Shown: positions 61,271 to 64,000 of the stretch, in pieces
Numbering within the stretch: position 1 is the first letter of the stretch
Layout: every line of letters starts with the position of its first letter
Source of the DNA: Candidatus Eiseniibacteriota bacterium
GTDB taxonomy: Bacteria; Eisenbacteria; RBG-16-71-46; SZUA-252
Assembly: GCA_963724515.1 (NCBI GenBank)
Contig: CAVRUU010000003.1
Coordinates: forward strand, 450,724 to 514,723
Length of the DNA stretch: 64,000 bases
Reading direction: 5' to 3'
Translations under genes and position numbers: made by a program
The notes under the pieces: model-generated
What the model saw: only the letters and a program-made list of their open reading frames with translations
Databases searched by the model: none
What the model was told of the DNA's origin: nothing

Positions 61271-62229
61271 AGACAGGGATCCTGCTTCTCAATCTCGGCG
61301 GCCCGGACACCCTGGACGCCGTGCGCCCGTTCCTGACCCGGCTCTTCACGGACCGCGAGATCATCCGGCTTCCGGGAGGACGCGTCGGCCAGGCCCTGAT
61401 CGGCCGGGCGATCGCGTGGAGGCGCACGCGCGAGGCACGGGAGAACTACGCCAAGATCGGAGGTGGCTCGCCGCTCGTGCGCTGGACCACGCTCCAGGGA
61501 CGCGGCATGGTCGAGCGGCTCAGGGCGCGCGGCCACGATGTCGCTTTCGCCATGGCGATGCGCTACTGGAATCCCACGACCGACGAGGCGCTGGATGAGC
61601 TGGAACAGGCGGGCGTCGAGAGGCTCCTCGCGCTGACGCTCTATCCGCACTACTCGCTGGCGACGACCGGATCGAGCGCGGGCGAGCTCTGGCGCGTCAT
61701 GAAGCGGCGGGGCACCTCGCTCCCGCTCGACCGCATCGATACCTGGTACGACCATCCCGGGTATCTCGACGCCCTCGCGCTCCGGACCAAGGACGCCCTC
61801 GCGCAATTCCCCCCCGGCACGCGCCCCACGCTGCTCGTGAGCGCGCACGGGCTGCCGAAGCACTTCATCGATGCCGGCGATCCCTACTGCGAGCACATCC
61901 GCGCGACCATCGAGGGCCTCCTGAGCCGCCTCCCCGATCTGCCTCACGTCCTCGGCTACCAGAGCCGCGTCGGCCCCGTGGAGTGGATCGGCCCGAGCAC
62001 CGACGAGGTGATTCGCGAGATGGCCGGCAAGGGCGTGAAGGACCTCCTCGTGATCCCGATCAGCTTCGTCTCCGACCACGTCGAGACCCTCTACGAGATC
62101 GACCTTCTGTACGGGGACCAGGCCCGCTCGCTCGGCATCACGAACTTCCGGCGGGTGGAATCCCTGAACGACTTCCCCCCGTTCCTGGACGCGCTCGCCG
62201 ATCTGGTCGAGCCGAAGCTCCGCCGATGA
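61267..62229 (+). CDS. hemH: Ferrochelatase (start codon unresolved: CTG 61267, or frame-shifted ATG 61233; first canonical in-frame start GTG 61321)
   Basis: ORF 61321..62229 has LTLYPHYS, VSAHGLP, QSRVGPVEWIGP, ISFVSDHVETLYE. The conserved N-terminal KTGILLLNLGGPDTLDA is encoded in-frame upstream of GTG 61321, back to CTG 61267, which overlaps the hemN stop (CTGA). Confidence 0.8.
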   Translation: MKTGILLLNLGGPDTLDAVRPFLTRLFTDREIIRLPGGRVGQALIGRAIAWRRTREARENYAKIGGGSPLVRWTTLQGRGMVERLRARGHDVAFAMAMRYWNPTTDEALDELEQAGVERLLALTLYPHYSLATTGSSAGELWRVMKRRGTSLPLDRIDTWYDHPGYLDALALRTKDALAQFPPGTRPTLLVSAHGLPKHFIDAGDPYCEHIRATIEGLLSRLPDLPHVLGYQSRVGPVEWIGPSTDEVIREMAGKGVKDLLVIPISFVSDHVETLYEIDLLYGDQARSLGITNFRRVESLNDFPPFLDALADLVEPKLRR

Positions 62230-63584
62230 GGGTCGCGGTCCTCGGAGCGGGGATCGCCGGCCTCACCGTCGCCCACGCGCTCAAACGCGACGCCTCGCGC
62301 GCCGGGCGCGCGCTGACGCTCGAGGTATTCGAGGCCGGATCCCGCGCGGGTGGGCGCATCGGGACCACCCGGGCGGACGGCTTCCTGGTCGAGTGGGCCG
62401 CCGACGCGTTTCAGGGCGGCGCCGGCCCGGCGCGAGCGCTCATCGATGCGGTGGGACTTTCGGGGGAGCGCGTCGTGGCCTCGGCGGACGCCGCGCGACG
62501 CTACGTGTTCGCGAGGGGACGGCTCCACCGATTCCCGGGGGGACCCGCTTCTCTGCTTCGCTTCACCGCCATGTCTCCCGCGGGCCGGATGCGCGTGCTC
62601 GCCGAGCCCCTCTTCGCGGGACGCGTCCCGAGGGAGGAATCCGTGCACGACTTCGCCTCGCGCCACATCGGCGAGGAGGGGGCGCGGGTGATCCTCGGCT
62701 CGTTCGTTCGTGGGATCTACGCCGGCGACTCGAAGAAGCTCTCGCTCGACGCGGCCTTCCCCCGCATGCGCGAGCTGGAGAAGAAGCACCGGTCGCTCGT
62801 GGTCGCGATGGCCAAGGAGCGACGGGGCCCGCAGCAGCTCTGGTCGCTCGCGGGCGGAATGGGCTCCCTCGTGGACCGGCTGGCGCAGTCGCTCGGTGAG
62901 GCGGTCCGGTTCCGCATGCCCGCCCTCCGGCTGAGCCGGGTGCCGGAGTACGCGGCTCCCACCCCGTTCACGGTCCGGTTCGCGAGCGGCGAGTCACGGA
63001 GCTTCGACGCGGTCGTGATCGCGACCCCGGCCCGGGACGCGGCCGCGCTCCTGCGCGATCTCGACATGGAGTCGGCGAACGCCCTGGGCGACATTCCTTG
63101 CGCCGGAGTCGCCGTGGTCGCCCTCGCCATCCGCCTCGAGGCGTTCCGCGCGAGGCCCGACGGCTACGGGTTCCTGGTCGCGCCCGGCGAGGATCTTCCC
63201 GTGCTCGGCGCCCTCTTCGAATCGAACCTCTTCCGAGGGCGCGCGCCGGAGGGATTCGCGCTGGTACGCGTCTTCCTGGGCGGAGTCGACCGGCCGGATC
63301 TCGTCACCCTGCCGGATGCCAAGCTCATCGGGCTCGCGTGCGAGGGGCTGGACCGCGCGGTGGGTCTCAAGGGCGGGCCGCAGAACACCTGGGTCATGCG
63401 CCAGGAGGGCGCGATCCCCCAGTACACGATCGGGCATCGCGAGCGGGTGGCTTCGGTGATGAAGCGGCTGGGGTCCTTTCCGGGGCTCTACGTGGCGGGC
63501 AACGCCTACCGCGGGGTCTCCGTCGGCTCGATCGTCGAGGACGCCGACCGGGTGGCGGGCTGGCTGCTGCACGCGGCGCGGTAG
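62226..63584 (+). CDS. hemY: Protoporphyrinogen/coproporphyrinogen oxidase, HemY-type FAD enzyme
   Basis: MRVAVLGAGIAGLTVAHAL (dinucleotide fold), C-terminal GLYVAGNAYRGVSVGSIVEDA. ATG 62226 overlaps the hemH stop (ATGA). The track ORF extension to 61983 is rejected. Confidence 0.8.
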   Translation: MRVAVLGAGIAGLTVAHALKRDASRAGRALTLEVFEAGSRAGGRIGTTRADGFLVEWAADAFQGGAGPARALIDAVGLSGERVVASADAARRYVFARGRLHRFPGGPASLLRFTAMSPAGRMRVLAEPLFAGRVPREESVHDFASRHIGEEGARVILGSFVRGIYAGDSKKLSLDAAFPRMRELEKKHRSLVVAMAKERRGPQQLWSLAGGMGSLVDRLAQSLGEAVRFRMPALRLSRVPEYAAPTPFTVRFASGESRSFDAVVIATPARDAAALLRDLDMESANALGDIPCAGVAVVALAIRLEAFRARPDGYGFLVAPGEDLPVLGALFESNLFRGRAPEGFALVRVFLGGVDRPDLVTLPDAKLIGLACEGLDRAVGLKGGPQNTWVMRQEGAIPQYTIGHRERVASVMKRLGSFPGLYVAGNAYRGVSVGSIVEDADRVAGWLLHAAR

Positions 63585-63603
63585 CCGGCCGTGGGCGAAA
63601 TCT

Positions 63604-63966
63604 TCACTTCCCCTCGTACAGGCAGCGCGCCTCACAGGTCTCGTGCACGGTGATCCCGACGAGCGAGGGAAGGGCGGGCTTCAATTTCTCCCAGATCCAG
63701 CGCGCGAGATTCTCGGACGTGGCGTTCGCGAGGCCGGGGACCTCGTTCAGGTAGTAGTGGTCCAGCTGCGCGCGGATCGGCTCGACCAGGCGCGTGATCT
63801 CGCCATAGTCCAGAAACCACCCCGTCCCCGGATCGACCTCGCCTTCGACCGTGACCTCGACGCGGAAGGAATGTCCGTGGAGCCTGCGGCACTTGTGCCC
63901 TTCCGGAGCCTTCGGAAGCAGGTGCGCGGCCTCGAAGGCGAAATCCCTGGTCAGGCGGACGTTCAA
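63604..63966 (-). CDS. queD: 6-carboxy-5,6,7,8-tetrahydropterin synthase
   Basis: 120-aa ORF. FEAAHLLP, CRRLHGHSFRVEV (zinc His ligands), DHYYLNE. TTG start at 63966. The frame stays open to the window edge, so the start is uncertain. Confidence 0.85.
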   Translation of the reverse strand: MNVRLTRDFAFEAAHLLPKAPEGHKCRRLHGHSFRVEVTVEGEVDPGTGWFLDYGEITRLVEPIRAQLDHYYLNEVPGLANATSENLARWIWEKLKPALPSLVGITVHETCEARCLYEGK

Positions 63967-64000
63967 TGCAGACCCACCATCTTGTGCGTCTGGGGTATCA
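63963..64000 (-). CDS. 3' end of an unidentified upstream gene (partial, runs off the window)
   Basis: The reading frame ending ...IPQTHKMVGLH-TGA (stop at 63963-63965) overlaps the queD TTG as TTGA, the coupling pattern seen throughout this window. It is too short to identify. Confidence 0.25.
   Translation of the reverse strand, partial: IPQTHKMVGLH

Overview
GC-rich bacterial chromosomal window with about 57 protein-coding genes. I saw no rRNA, tRNA, CRISPR array or transposase. Recognisable blocks: lat-lrp (lysine catabolism); a BchI-like AAA+ / vWA pair; hpnC-hpnD-hpnE (three-step squalene synthesis) coupled to mutY; a secreted S8 protease with a FlgD-Ig/T9SS-like C-terminal domain; a Ser/Thr kinase with a beta-propeller, coupled to a domain-permuted aconitase-family gene; an M1 aminopeptidase; a roughly 3 kb lower-GC islet (NUDIX, SDR remnant, HNH endonuclease, SAM methyltransferase); a fused E1 alpha/beta 2-oxoacid dehydrogenase; a tightly packed minus-strand hydrolase operon; lexA-imuB-dnaE2 followed by a small NTase module; and a ten-gene heme operon (hemX-like, hemA, C, D, B, L, E, N, H, Y) followed by queD. 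The best candidate for an undescribed system is at 35.6-41.6 kb: two secreted DUF1028(Ntn)-TPR paralogs, divergent from an RnfD/NqrB-like membrane protein plus two secreted cysteine-conserving DUF2330 paralogs. Main caveat: at least ten conserved genes are frame-disrupted, and each event I could resolve is a net +1 nt insertion. That pattern fits insertion-biased sequencing error better than pseudogenisation. Most long ORFs in the track are antisense artefacts of GC-rich DNA and were rejected. All family assignments come from motif recognition by eye; no database search was run.
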